Assembly (NCBI GenBank): GCA_009602725.1
Contig: WELB01000004.1
Coordinates: 320,667 to 384,666, forward strand
Source of the DNA: Spirogloea muscicola
Lineage: Eukaryota
Direction: 5' to 3'
Length of the DNA stretch: 64,000 nt
This document shows, piece by piece, positions 39,056 through 53,630 of the stretch; the stretch's first letter is position 1; the number at the start of each line of letters is the position of its first letter. Position numbers and translations under genes: made by a program. The notes below the pieces were generated by a model, which saw only the letters and a program-made list of their open reading frames with translations, searched no databases and was not told where the DNA came from.

Positions 39056-39422
39056 TGTTAGCCGTTAGTATTGACGGGGATGATAGACGGCTGACGATAG
39101 CCTGGGGGTAGTGATCGTCAGCTGCGAGTGACGGGTAGATTGTCGGTGGTAGCCGTTGATAGCCGTCGACAGGTCGTGGACGGGTCATCAACGAGAGACT
39201 GGGTGCCGAATATCCCACCCGGGCCCGTATGGCCGGGCTCGCAGTCCGTCGGGCTATAAAGGGGGCACCCGAGATGGGGGAGGGGGTGAGTTCTTCACCC
39301 AACCTCGGACCCCTGGACCCTTGCCCCTGCAGTAACCGTTGCTCAGTTTTACCGTTGCGGCCCCATCCCAATGCCTCCCGCTTTTCCTTGCGCCGCCGGC
39401 AGCCCGGGCTTGGCGATCCACA
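39056..39422 (+). mobile_element. Candidate solo LTR
   Basis: Begins TGT and ends ACA, flanked by a direct GCAT repeat (39052-39055 and 39423-39426). An internal CTATAAAGGGGG TATA-like box lies at ~39255. Confidence 0.4.
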
Positions 39423-40104
39423 GCATTCGTTACATCATGCAGGACTGCGGGCCCTCTCTTCTAGACCATACCTTGGCTTCTTCACTTGTATATCTGCTTG
39501 GGCTAACGCCAGGACTTGGAGAGATACAGCCTGTCGTGCAAAGTGGACGGCTTGCTCTTTCAGTGTTTCCGGTGCTTTTGCTGCATTGTTTGCCGTTTTC
39601 GGGCTGGACCTTACTTGCATCAGTGCCACTTTGTTAAGTACCCCATTGTACTCCTCTGACATGTTCCAACACGGGCGAGAGGTATAGCCCTCCTTGAGCC
39701 CTAACCCCAAAACCTTATCCCCCACCTGACGAAAGCCAGAGGCTGCAGCTAGAGGGAGAAAGAGAGGAGAAAGCTGCTCTTTCTCTCGAAAGAGCAGCTA
39801 GAACACGGCTTCCTGAGGAATCATTTGTCAAATAGCATGTAGCAAGATAACAAGGCAAAGCGTAGCTGGCTGCGAGAGCCAGATGCGGTGCACCTGCCCG
39901 ACCTGCCACGCGGCAGGGCAGGTGCCGTCCGGTATTCCGGCATCAGGTCGCGACCTCGTCTGCTGACTCGTGGTTACTGAGCGGGTCAGCTTAGAAGCAG
40001 GTTGATGTACATCTGACGATGTGCTTGCCTACTTAGCCACTAAGGCCCTCTATCACTTGTTATACACAATCCTTTCCCTGCCACGCAGCCGCTGCACGCC
40101 GCTG

Positions 40105-40141
<37 letters not shown>

Positions 40142-40342
40142 AGCGCCGCCGTCGCCGCCGCGTGCTCCCCGTCTCTCAGCGGGCGCAGGGCCGTCAGCGG
40201 CACTGGCGGCTGTGGCAGTCGGAGGCAATCTCTAACTCGACTGCCGAAGGCGGCGAGGGCGCTTGAGCCCGCGGCTGCAGGGCCAGCCAGGGCAGGCTCA
40301 GCGGCACCGCGGCTCCGCCGCCGTCCCTCTGCCCCGCCCGCC

Positions 40343-42518
40343 ATGGCGCAGACGCTGTCGGGCCAGCTGGCGGCCGCCACAGAAGCGCATGGCAGCCGTG
40401 TGGCCATTGCGGTCGCTCAGGGGGGACCCCAGAAGACGCACGCCGAGCTCCGCGCTGCGATCGAGCACTGTGCCGCAGAGGTCCGGCGGGCAGGCATCCG
40501 GTCGGGAGACCTCGTCTCCCTCGTCTTCCCCAACTCCATTGAGGTACTCCAGCCTGGTGTGCTTGCGCAGCACAGCGTCCTCCGCTCTTGGCTGCATCTC
40601 AGCAGCTGGGGAGGACGGCGATAAGCTGAGCTGAGCTGAGCTGAGCTGAGCTGAGCTAGCTCGGCCGAGCTGAGCCGAGCCGAGCCGAACCGAGCCGAGC
40701 CGAGCCGAGCCGAGCCTAGCCTAGCCGAGCCGAGCCGAGCCGAGCCGAGCCGAGCCGAGCCGAGCTGAGCTGAGCTGAGCTGAGCTGAGCTGAGCACGCT
40801 GAGCTGAGCTGATGGTCCAAATGCTGCTGCGCAGTTCGTGGTGGCCTTCCTGGGAGTGGTGAGGATGGGTGCGGTGGCCGCCCCTCTCAATGCCGCGTAC
40901 AAGGAGGACGAGTTCCGGTTCTTCCTGGAGGACGCCAAGTCGCGGCTGCTGCTGGTGCCCCAGCCGGACGGCAACAGGCCCGCTGAGGCGGCCGCCGAGG
41001 CGCTCGGCCTGCCCGTCGCCGGCATCGCCAGCTGGCTGCAGGAAGGCCTCGGTGTGGGACTGGAGCCGCGGGCTCGCCTCGAGGTGGCCAGCGAAGAGCC
41101 TCAGGACGGTGCAGGCCCCCTGCCGAGCCCAAAAGCCGAGGCGCTGTTCCTCCACACGTCCGGCACGACGAGCCGGCCCAAGGGCGTGCCGCTCACGCAG
41201 GCCAACCTTGCCGCCTCTGTGTCAAACATCATCCGTACATACGATCTGAGCCCTGAGGACCGCTCTTACGTGGTCATGCCGCTCTTCCACGTGCATGGCC
41301 TCATGGCTTCACTGCTGGCTTCGCTAGCAGCTGGTGGATCCATCGCACTCCCCGCGGCAGGCCGCTTCTCAGCAGGGGCTTTCTGGGCTGACGTGCGGGC
41401 GCTGGGCGTCACCTGGTATACCGCTGTGCCGACCATGCACCAGATCTTGCTCAGCCGCCACAAGAGCCAGCCAGAGGCGGAGTACCCGTCCCTCCGCTTC
41501 ATCCGCAGCTGCAGCTCAAGCCTCGCGCCTGCTGTGCTGGCAAACCTGGAGGATGCATTCGGTGCTCCTGTGCTCGAGGCCTATGCGATGACCGAGGCTA
41601 GCCACCAGATGACAGCCAATCCGCTGCCGGCGCACGGGCCACACAAGCCCGGAACTGTGGGCAAGCCAACCGGCATCGACCTGGGCATCCTGGATGACAA
41701 CGGCAAGGTGCTTGGGCCTGATGAGGAGGGCGAGGTCTGCATCAATGGCCCCAATGTGACACATGGATACCGGGACAATCCTGAGGCCAACAAAACTGCA
41801 TTTGCATATGGATGGTTCCATACTGGGGATCGTGGGAAGCTTGACGCTGAGTGCTACCTTACGCTCACTGGCCGCATAAAGGAGCTCATCAATCGAGGAG
41901 GTCAGTGCCTCTGAGCCCTCCAATTACTATAAGTCATTCGAGGATGGCCATTTGCACGTATCCGCTACTATTGTGGTTAACTGCATTTTCACTTAGTATA
42001 ACTTTAAGCCACTGCCTGCCACTGGCGAATTGCTCATGTCATTTGCGCCCGTGTGTGAACACAACTTCCCCGCCCCGCCGCCATGCACAGGTGAAAAGAT
42101 TTCACCATTGGAATTGGATGCTGCACTTCTGGGCCACCCTGATGTCGCAGAGGCTGTCACGTTTGCAGCCCCGGATGAGAAGTACGGCGAGGAGGTAAGG
42201 CGCATTCTGTTCTTCTCAGGCTGCCCCGCTGACATCAGGTTCTCAACAGGCAAAACAGGCCTGCGAGTTTCTGGCAATGGCTTGCGATCTCATATCTGCA
42301 CCTTGCACAGGTGAATGCAGCGGTAGTGCTGAACAAGGGCGCCAATGCCTCGGAAAAAGACATCCAGGACTACCTCCACAAGCAGCTGGCAGCATTCAAG
42401 ATCCCCAAGCGCATCTTCTTCGCGCAGGAGCTGCCCCGGACGGCTACGGGCAAGATCCAGCGCCGCATGATGGTGGATGTCTTTGTGAAGAAGGCTGATA
42501 GTGGAGCCAGCGAAGAAG
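40343..42518 (+). CDS. AAE3: Oxalate--CoA ligase (AAE3-like) moiety, N-terminal half of the predicted fusion
   Basis: Exons 40343-40543, 40835-41900, 42091-42194 and 42311-42518. Motifs ALFLHTSGTTSRPKGVPLTQANL, PLFHVHGL, TWYTAVPTMHQ, LRFIRSCSSSLAP, EAYAMTEASH, WFHTGD, GRIKELINRGGEKISP and PRTATGKIQRR. Confidence 0.92.
40624..40810. repeat. Pentamer microsatellite (GAGCT)n/(GAGCC)n in intron 1 of the AAE3-like gene
   Basis: More than 30 tandem GAGCT/GAGCC units are directly visible. Confidence 0.95.
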
Positions 42519-42666
42519 GTGACTTGTTGCCTTGCTCGCAGTAGGTCACAGATACCGGAGCATTTCATGATTTCAGCAATTCTCCCTGCAGATTGTGCCA
42601 CACTTAGTGGCACAGAGCGCCTCTGACCATCATGGGTGCTGGCAGGACGGCCATGATGGTGCACAG

Positions 42667-45344
42667 GTCCAGCCAAGAGCCAGGCAGGCATGGCCAGACT
42701 GGACGGCAATGCAATGCTGGCGAGGGCGCTCGCCCGGCTCGGCCTGCACTACATGTTTGGGGTTGTTGGGATACCGGTCACCTCTCTGGCCACGGCCTGC
42801 CAGGTGGCTGGTATACGATTCATAGCGTTCAGAAATGAGCAGTCTGCAAGCTACGCTGCGGGAGCAGCAGGGTATCTGACGGGGCGTCCTGGCCTCCTGC
42901 TGACTGTGTCCGGCCCGGGTGCCGTGCACGGCTTGGCGGGCCTGAGCAACGCTATGATCAATGCGTGGCCGATGGTCATGGTGTCTGGGTCATCGGTCCA
43001 GGCCGATGTGGGCCGCGGCGATTTTCAGGAGCTCGACCAAGTTGCTGCTGTGGCTCCCTTTGTTAAAGCTGCAGGTGAGCGCCAATTAGTCGCTTTTCTT
43101 GTGTTCTGTGATTGTGCATGCATACTATTCATGCAAGCGCTCAGAGCAAGTGGAAATGTGTCCTCCTACACAAGAGAGACCTGTCACTTCACAGCAGCAA
43201 ATGAGATTGCTCTGATGTCTAATGGTCAAGGTTGATTATTGGCAGACCTCATGAATAAAGGCATGAGTACTGTGTCTTATTGAAGTACCATCTGTATTAG
43301 TGTGTAAGACCGTTAGCCTGAGCAGCATGGACAAGTGAGGGGTTGGCTAGCCATTGGAGCTGGTTCACACTTGCGCTGCCCGTCAAGTGACCATCCTCAA
43401 TCCCTTGTATTCTCTTGCAGGTAAGGTCACCAATATCAAGTTGATTCCTCAGCTTGCTGCAGAGGCTGTCAAGGCAGCGCTGCAGGGCAGGCCGGGCGGG
43501 GCGTACATTGACATTCCGGCAGATGTATTTCATGAATCTCTTAGTGAAGCCGAGGCCGAAGATCTACTTGCCCCTCTTGAGCCAGTACTGGCTCCCTGGG
43601 AAGCCAAAGACCCACCGCCTGGGCTCCAAGCAGACAGCCGCATGCTGTCAAAGGCGGTTGACCTGCTGTGCTCAGCCAAGAAGCCGCTTCTTGTCTTTGG
43701 CAAGGGAGCTGCCTATGCCAGAGCAGAGAAGGCTGTTGCGCAATTCGTTGACTCAACTGGCCTGCCCTTTCTGGCCACACCGATGGGCAAGGGTCTGCTC
43801 CCTGACAGTCATCCGGCATCCGCAGCAGCCGCACGGTCGTTGGCTCTCAGCGAGGCAGATGTCGTCCTGGTTGTGGGAGCCAGGCTCAATTGGATGCTGC
43901 ATTTTGGCGAACCACCAAGGTACTCAGCTAGCATCTTCTACTAAGCTGGTCTGGCAAGGAAGGTGATGATGGCAGCAATCCAAGAGGAAGCTTGCGCTGA
44001 CTTGCTTTCGTTTTGCCAGGTGGTCAGCTGATGCCAAGTTCATCCTCATCGACATTGACGGAAAGGAGCTGGAGCTGCGGGATCCGGCGGTGCCTGTGTT
44101 GGGGGACGCCAGAGTAGTCATGGAGCAGCTGACGCAGCTTGTGAAAGATCAAGTGCACTGTCAAGATTGGCTGCAGGCCATTCAGGTCAGTTAGTTGCTT
44201 AGATGCTCAGCTTATATATACAGTTATCACTCACTTGTACTTGAGGGAGAGGTAATTATATGCTGGTGTCCCCCTGCAGCACAAGGCCAGAGGAAATGTG
44301 GAGAAAATGTCCGCAATGCTGGCCAAGGATACATCCCCGCTCAACTTCCACTGCTCCCTGAGAATAATCCGGGATGCAATGTCAGCGCTCGGACACCCAG
44401 CACCGATCCTCGTGTCAGAAGGGGCCAACACGATGGACATTGGCAGAGTGATCCTTGAACAGAAGGAGCCTCGCACGCGGCTGGATGCCGGCACGTGGGG
44501 CACCATGGGAGTTGGGCTGGGCTATGCCATTGCCGCGGCTGTGGTCGAGCCGGAGAGGTTGGTAGTTGCCGTGGAGGGCGACTCTGCATTTGGCTTCAGC
44601 GGCATGGAGGTAGAGGTGAGAGGTCTTGGATTGTCATGTCAAGGCCCGTTTGCTATAGTGTGGCCTTCTGGGCCCGAGATTCATGTCAGCTTTACTATGG
44701 ATGCCTCCGCTTGCAGCTCAGCAGCTTCCTGCTGTGGTCATATTCAGCTAACATCCTGTCACTGAAGCTGCAGCGTTGTGATCAATTGCTCCTGCTGGTG
44801 GCAGACAATGGTTAGGTACAAGCTACCCATTGTGATCATTGTCATGAACAATGGTGGTGTATATGGTGGCGAGCGGCGAGCTCCAGTATCCTTACCAGAG
44901 GCCATCGCGTCAGACCCGGCGCCCACTGCTTTTGTGCCAGATGCCAAGTACGACCTCCTTATGGAGGCCTTTGGTGGCAAAGGCTACTACGTCACCACCT
45001 CGCAAGTAAGTGTAGCAGTCGCAACCAGGGTCTTGGACCCAGCAACTTTGCTGCATTCTTGAAGTGTCAGTTGACCATTGCATACAGGATGGTAGCCCCA
45101 GGGTATTCTCCCTCAATCCAAGTTCAGCATAATCTAGGGTCCCACTGTCGCCGGAACCCCTATGTCAAGGCTGCTCTTGTTGCGTGAACTGTATATATTG
45201 TCAAGATCATGTTGCTGCCGGTTGCTGCAGGAATTGGAGGCTGCCGTCGCTGAGGCATTTGGCACCAAGAAACCCGCTTTGATCAATGTCATCATTGATC
45301 CCATGGCTGGGTCCGAGAGTGCCACTATGGGGCACCGCAACTAG
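42667..45344 (+). CDS. OXC: Oxalyl-CoA decarboxylase / 2-hydroxyacyl-CoA lyase (TPP-dependent) moiety, C-terminal half of the predicted fusion
   Basis: Exons 42667-43074, 43421-43919, 44020-44185, 44280-44615, 44805-45005 and 45231-45344. Motifs MFGVVGIPVT, FRNEQSASYAA, TVSGPGAVHGLAGL, GDFQELDQ, GARLNWMLHFG, VSEGANTMDIGR, LDAGTWGTMGVG, the TPP motif GDSAFGFSGME...NN and the end ESATMGHRN*. Confidence 0.92.
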
Positions 45345-46446
45345 CTGAAGCGCAGCAATGGAGGTGCACCTGCCTACTCCTGCAATCACCGGAGCCATTG
45401 CCTGATCCTTCTTACCTGTCCAGCTCTTGTCAGTGTCCCACCATGTGCATATGTTCAGGTCACAAGATATGGGTTCTAGCAAAACTCCATAGTCGCCAGC
45501 CTGTCAGCATAAGGAGATAGTCACAATACTGCTGCAGATCGGAGGACTGTTGCCCATGATTGAGAAAGTCCATCCCCAAGTTGCATCGGTCTACCTTTTT
45601 GTGAGTCTGTTGTAGTGAGAATGGGGTGTTCAACCACTGCAAAACAGCATCAAGAGTATACTGGGTAGGTGCAACACAAGTTTCTCTTAATGTACTTGTG
45701 ATATTACCCACTGGTTGCATATGAGGCACTTCAAGAAACTTGTTTTCATCATCAAAACCATAGCTGTGGCAGCCGCAAGCATTTGGTCATAGGCAATTGA
45801 AACAATGTGCACTGGCTTGCAATGCTTGCAAACGTGTTGTAAAGCCTAGCTTTTTCAACCCTGATGGCATGAATGCTGATGGAGAGGAGCATGGTATCAT
45901 CTGATCACAGATGACTTGCCATACCCTGCATGTACACCAGTCACTGTCAAGTGATGGAACCTTGTGTCTGCAGACTGCAGGCAAGAGTACATCGTTTAGG
46001 CTGTGGCTGCATTTGCAGGCTTTTGCTGCATGCTCAATATAAGATTGCTCCACAAGCTTGGCCAGGCCAAGCTTCTCAGAGCTGGAGTACATTGACGGAG
46101 AGTGCAACTCTGGCTCACCGCACTGGTGGCCCACTGGTATAGGTGTTGGTAATCCACCAAGTCATAAGGGTGTGATGCCCCAGGCCAGCAAGTTAACACC
46201 TTGTTGATGTCATTAGCTCAACACTGCAAGCACCTGGCACTGCATTGACATACGAGTTACCTGGCCATAGCTTGAAGAGCCTTCACTTGCTTATTAAACT
46301 CCACCTGGCAGGGACTGTGTATGAGATTTGCTCACCAGGACGTCACAAGCAAGAGTTAACAGACCTTTCAGCTTTGCTTATAGATAAGGGGGAGTTGAAG
46401 GAACGCAAGAAAGGCAGAAGCTGATGATGTGGGAGCTTACAAGCTC

Positions 46447-47498
46447 TCACTGGATGCCAACCGGCAGCAGCGTCTCACATAGTGACGGGCAGACAATGAC
46501 CTTCGACTGGGCTGCTTCTACAAAGAGCTCCCTCCTGCAGGGCAACCAAGACTCCATGTCTGTTACAGTACCACTTCAAATTGCTCTTAGCAGGATCTTT
46601 CATTTCTGAATACACATGTGCAGATTAACGCGCAAAAAAGCTGCCAGACTGAGAGAGAAATTACTTACCAGGGCGGGTGTATCCGAATCTCCTGCTGAGG
46701 CTCAATGTCGCCGTCCAGGCTCCCCTTCAGGCTGAAGATGACGTATACCTTGACATCTGAATGCCCGTCAGGAGTTGGTGGCGGAGGCAACAACCACCCC
46801 TGCATACGCACCACAAAAGGAGGTGAATGCATTGCAGGTGCCCCTCCCCTGCCAACCTTGGCACATCTCGCACGAAGTATTGCGGGTGCGCTTCACAAGG
46901 GCACGACCACTGTAGTGCAATTTGTAACCAGCACACCTCAGGTGATCGCAGGACCTGGCAGTTGCACTTGGCAATGTGGGCCTCGAGGCTCTTCTCCAAG
47001 ACGCGGACGTCCACAACTTTGGAGAGGTCTGCCAGCAGAGGGTCGAATGCGAGGACGCAGTAAACACGGCAGACCAGAGGGTCTCTCAATGGTCCGGCAA
47101 TATCAAAGTGGCAGCTGAGCGCAGCTAAGTGCAACTCATGGACAGAAGCCATGGCCGTGTACCCCTGCAGCTTGCCATGTGACAGGCCGTTCTGCTGAGG
47201 AATGTGGGGAACCACCTGGAGGAGGGCGGCCCTCCTGGAGCCGCTTGGCAAACGCCAGGCGCAGGTGCCGCTCCCGCTGCGCAGCGCGCTGCAGCGCCGC
47301 CGAGTAGCTCGCCCTGCGGAAGGCGCGCTGCGTCGCCCCATCAGCGGCTGTGCTTAGGACTGAGGCCGGCAATGGCGGCGAGCGGGAGCTCGCTTGGCAG
47401 GCGTACGCTGGAGCCAGCTCCGTGGTGGCGGCGCGGCCGGCGGCGGCCGGGCCGCTGGCCAGGGCCTCGGCGAAGGCCTCGCGCAGGCTCTGGACCAT
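46447..47498 (-). CDS. Uncharacterised spliced protein, possibly SPIDR/DUF4502-like
   Basis: Exon peptides FRRASYSAALQRAAQRERHLRLAF, VVDVRVLEKSLEAHIAKCNC, VKVYVIFSLK...QEIRIHPPW|RELFV...KVIVCP with GT-AG borders. The family resemblance is from memory only. Confidence 0.5.
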
Positions 47499-47689
47499 GG
47501 CGCTGCCGCCGCCGCCGCCATCGTCACCGCCACTCCGTGCCGGCGTCCGAGGGCTGGTCCCGGCGTCTTGGCCGGCCTGCGGGAGCGCTTGCCGCGGCCG
47601 TGAGGCCGTGGATGACGACGGCGGCGGCGGCGNGGCCTGAAGCTGAACCTCAGCTTCCGCTTCCCGCCGCTGCCGCCGCCGCCGACCAT

Positions 47690-47722
<33 letters not shown>

Positions 47723-48239
47723 GATCAGCGGAGCGCCCGGCCGCCTGGCTGCAGGCTGTTGCTCCTCGAGACTTGCATGGCAGTCATTTAACTGCGTAGA
47801 TTAAAGTATCCTCAAATAAGGAAGATGCGGCTACTGGTTTTAAACGAGCGGCTGTAAAAGCCAGTCAGGTGCATACGGAGGGTGTACATGACTATATTAG
47901 CGGAGCCACACGCTAGGCAGACAGGGCGCTCTTGGTACCCCCGTGTCACCAATAGAATGAGAATGCGGCTGTAAAGGACAGCCAGGTGCACACAGATGAT
48001 GTTCATGACTATATAGGACAAGGGGGCGATGGCCGTGAAAGCCAGCCCAATCAAGTGTGGACAAGGTCACCAAAGTGGCCGGAAAGGTGCTAAAGCACAC
48101 ACTGCTACGCAAATGGCTACTTCAAGTGGGTGCATGATAGCCGTAGTCAATACCTGCATAGTAGTCCCCTGCAAAGAAAGGCGCTTCCAGGAGAGGGCGG
48201 TGGCTGGGAGAGGCCAGCGCAGAAAGAAGAATGAGCGAA

Positions 48240-49050
48240 GTTCGAAGGTCTGCCGGGTCGTCCTGGCCCTTCCGGACCTTGATTGTCCGTGCATTCTTGG
48301 TGCTGGCCTTTCTTTCTTTTCACAGCCTTCCCCCCTTTTAAGAAAGACTTGTGGCTTTGGAAGGGATGATTCTCTGGGCAGGCCTCACGCTTTCTAAGTC
48401 TTTTGCACCTTGTTCACTCTCTTGTGGCTGGCTTGTTACATCCCTCGACTCCTGTGTTACTAAGCTCCCCTCCGCTGTAGTCTTGTGCTTAGCTTTGTGG
48501 TTTAGGCGCCTTTTGGCTTTCGGATCTTTGGACCTTGTCCATTCTTTTTGGGCTGGCCTTTCCCAGCCCCTACCATCTATGGGAGAGCCCTTCCTTCTGT
48601 GGTGGAGCTGCTCCTTGTATTCACAGCCATCCGCGACTTTGGAAGAGCTATTTATTGAGCATCTTCTTGACACCTCCCCTGGGAGGCTCCACACATCCCC
48701 CTCCCTCCCTCATTTTCTCCCGTCTCTGATCAGTGGCGCCGGGAACAGTGTGCAGCACCTCCTGGAGGCTCGGTGCCTTTGTGCCTCGTGTCCTGCTACC
48801 GCATGTGTCTGTTCAAGTCCCTCCAGACGTCCCAAGCGCTTGCTTTACACCGCCAAACCAGTCGCGCCCTTGCAGCAGCCTCTGGCTTGCGCAGCGGGGT
48901 TTGCTCTACCTCCCCTTGGCTCATCTGACTTCCTATTGCTGACACAGGGTACTACGAGCGCACTGCTGTGGCTTCGTAAATATATTGAACACCCTCTGTA
49001 TGCACCTGGCTGGCTGTCACAGCCGCTCTTGTACTATCAGCAGTCGGACT
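48240..49050 (+). mobile_element. Cluster of degenerate non-LTR retrotransposon 3' ends
   Basis: ~48797-48900 translates YRMCLFKSLQTSQALALHRQTSRALAAASG, homologous to the 17.3-kb and 53-kb copies. The hairpin motif CATTCTTTTTGGGCTGGCCTTTCCCAGCCCC...ATGGGAGAGCCC lies at 48540-48590. Confidence 0.65.
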
Positions 49051-49545
49051 CCGTCTCCTATCCCTTCCTTCCTCCCCTCCCTCTCTCTCCACTTCCCCCC
49101 TCTCTCTCTCTCCTCCTCTCTACCCCCGTTTCTCACTAACGTCTGCACTAGGAGGCACAGATGTGAGCAGACCTTGGCCATGGCCACCCGCAGTAGCACT
49201 ACCCTGGGCCCACGGATGACACTCGCAATATGTAGAGCCTCTCTGCCCTCCATGACTTTGCAGGGCTACAGTGCACACTGCCACAAAAAGCCAGCACTTG
49301 CGTGGCCCTCAACTCTTTTGACAAGGTGGGGCAATTACTCTGAGGTGTAGCAGACTCAAGATTGCCTGTGGTTCACCTCTGGCTCCTATGCTCCAATGAT
49401 GGATCAGAGTGTGAGCTCAAGAAGACTCAAGAATAGCTCATCAGGTCCCCTGACAACAATAATCCGAGTCTTTGATACTGATGATAGACTAATATCATGT
49501 GCGTCACAAGATGCAAAGCCCCTGCTGAGCTCCTTGATGACGTGC

Positions 49546-52955
<3,410 letters not shown>

Positions 52956-53630
52956 CGCATGCGCTTGGCCGTCTCGCTGCAGAGGTCCATGGCCCGTGCG
53001 CTGCACCTTCGTGCCGGGAGAGCCCTCGCTGCTGCCTCTGGCTCTGTCCAGGGGACCCACTTCCAGGACCCTAGCCTCTCTGATTTGCGGCTGCTTAGCA
53101 GGGGTTACTGAGTAATTTGTAGCTGCTTTCTTTCTTTGTGTGCTTTGGTTTCTTAGCGCTTCCTCTGGCTTCCTCTGGCCCCCTTCTCGTTCTTTGTTCA
53201 TTCTTTTTTGGGCTGGCTTGTCCAGCCCCTTTCCTCAATGGGCGAGCCCTTTCTCCGGGGGAAGCCAGGCGAAGCCCTAAGGCGAAGCAGCAGAAATGAC
53301 AAGCACACAAGAAAAAACAAAGCAGCTACTAACCACTCAGTAACCCCTGCTAAGCAGGCGCAGGTCGGAGAGGCTATGCTCCTGGAAGTATGTCCCCTGG
53401 CCAGAGCCAGAGGCAGCAGCAAGGGCCACGCAGGTGCAGCGCACGGGCCATGGACCTCTGCAGCGAGACGGCCAGGCGCATGCGAAGGCTCGCCCATAGA
53501 GAAAGAGAGAAGTGGCACTCCCAATGGGGGCAAGGGCTGCGAAAAGCCAGCCCAAAAAGAATTCACAAAGGTTCAGAGGAGAAAGAGGGGCTGGCAGCAC
53601 GAGAGAAGTACTCGCCCATAGAAGAGGAGG
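52956..53630. mobile_element. Tail-to-tail non-LTR retrotransposon 3' ends
   Basis: From 52956 the plus strand reads RMRLAVSLQRSMARALHLRAGRALAAASG...SDLRLLSRGY* followed by a 3' UTR. An inverted homologous copy lies at ~53300-53483 and a further UTR end at 53488-53620. Confidence 0.75.

Noticed and set aside
40624..40810. Immunoglobulin switch-like GAGCT repeats, or an LGSAR/LSSAQ repeat protein
   Set aside because: This is an intronic microsatellite in a non-animal genome, and the ORF is a by-product.
335..45344. NRPS and AAE3-OXC as one biosynthetic gene cluster
   Set aside because: They are separated by ~33 kb of unrelated housekeeping genes.
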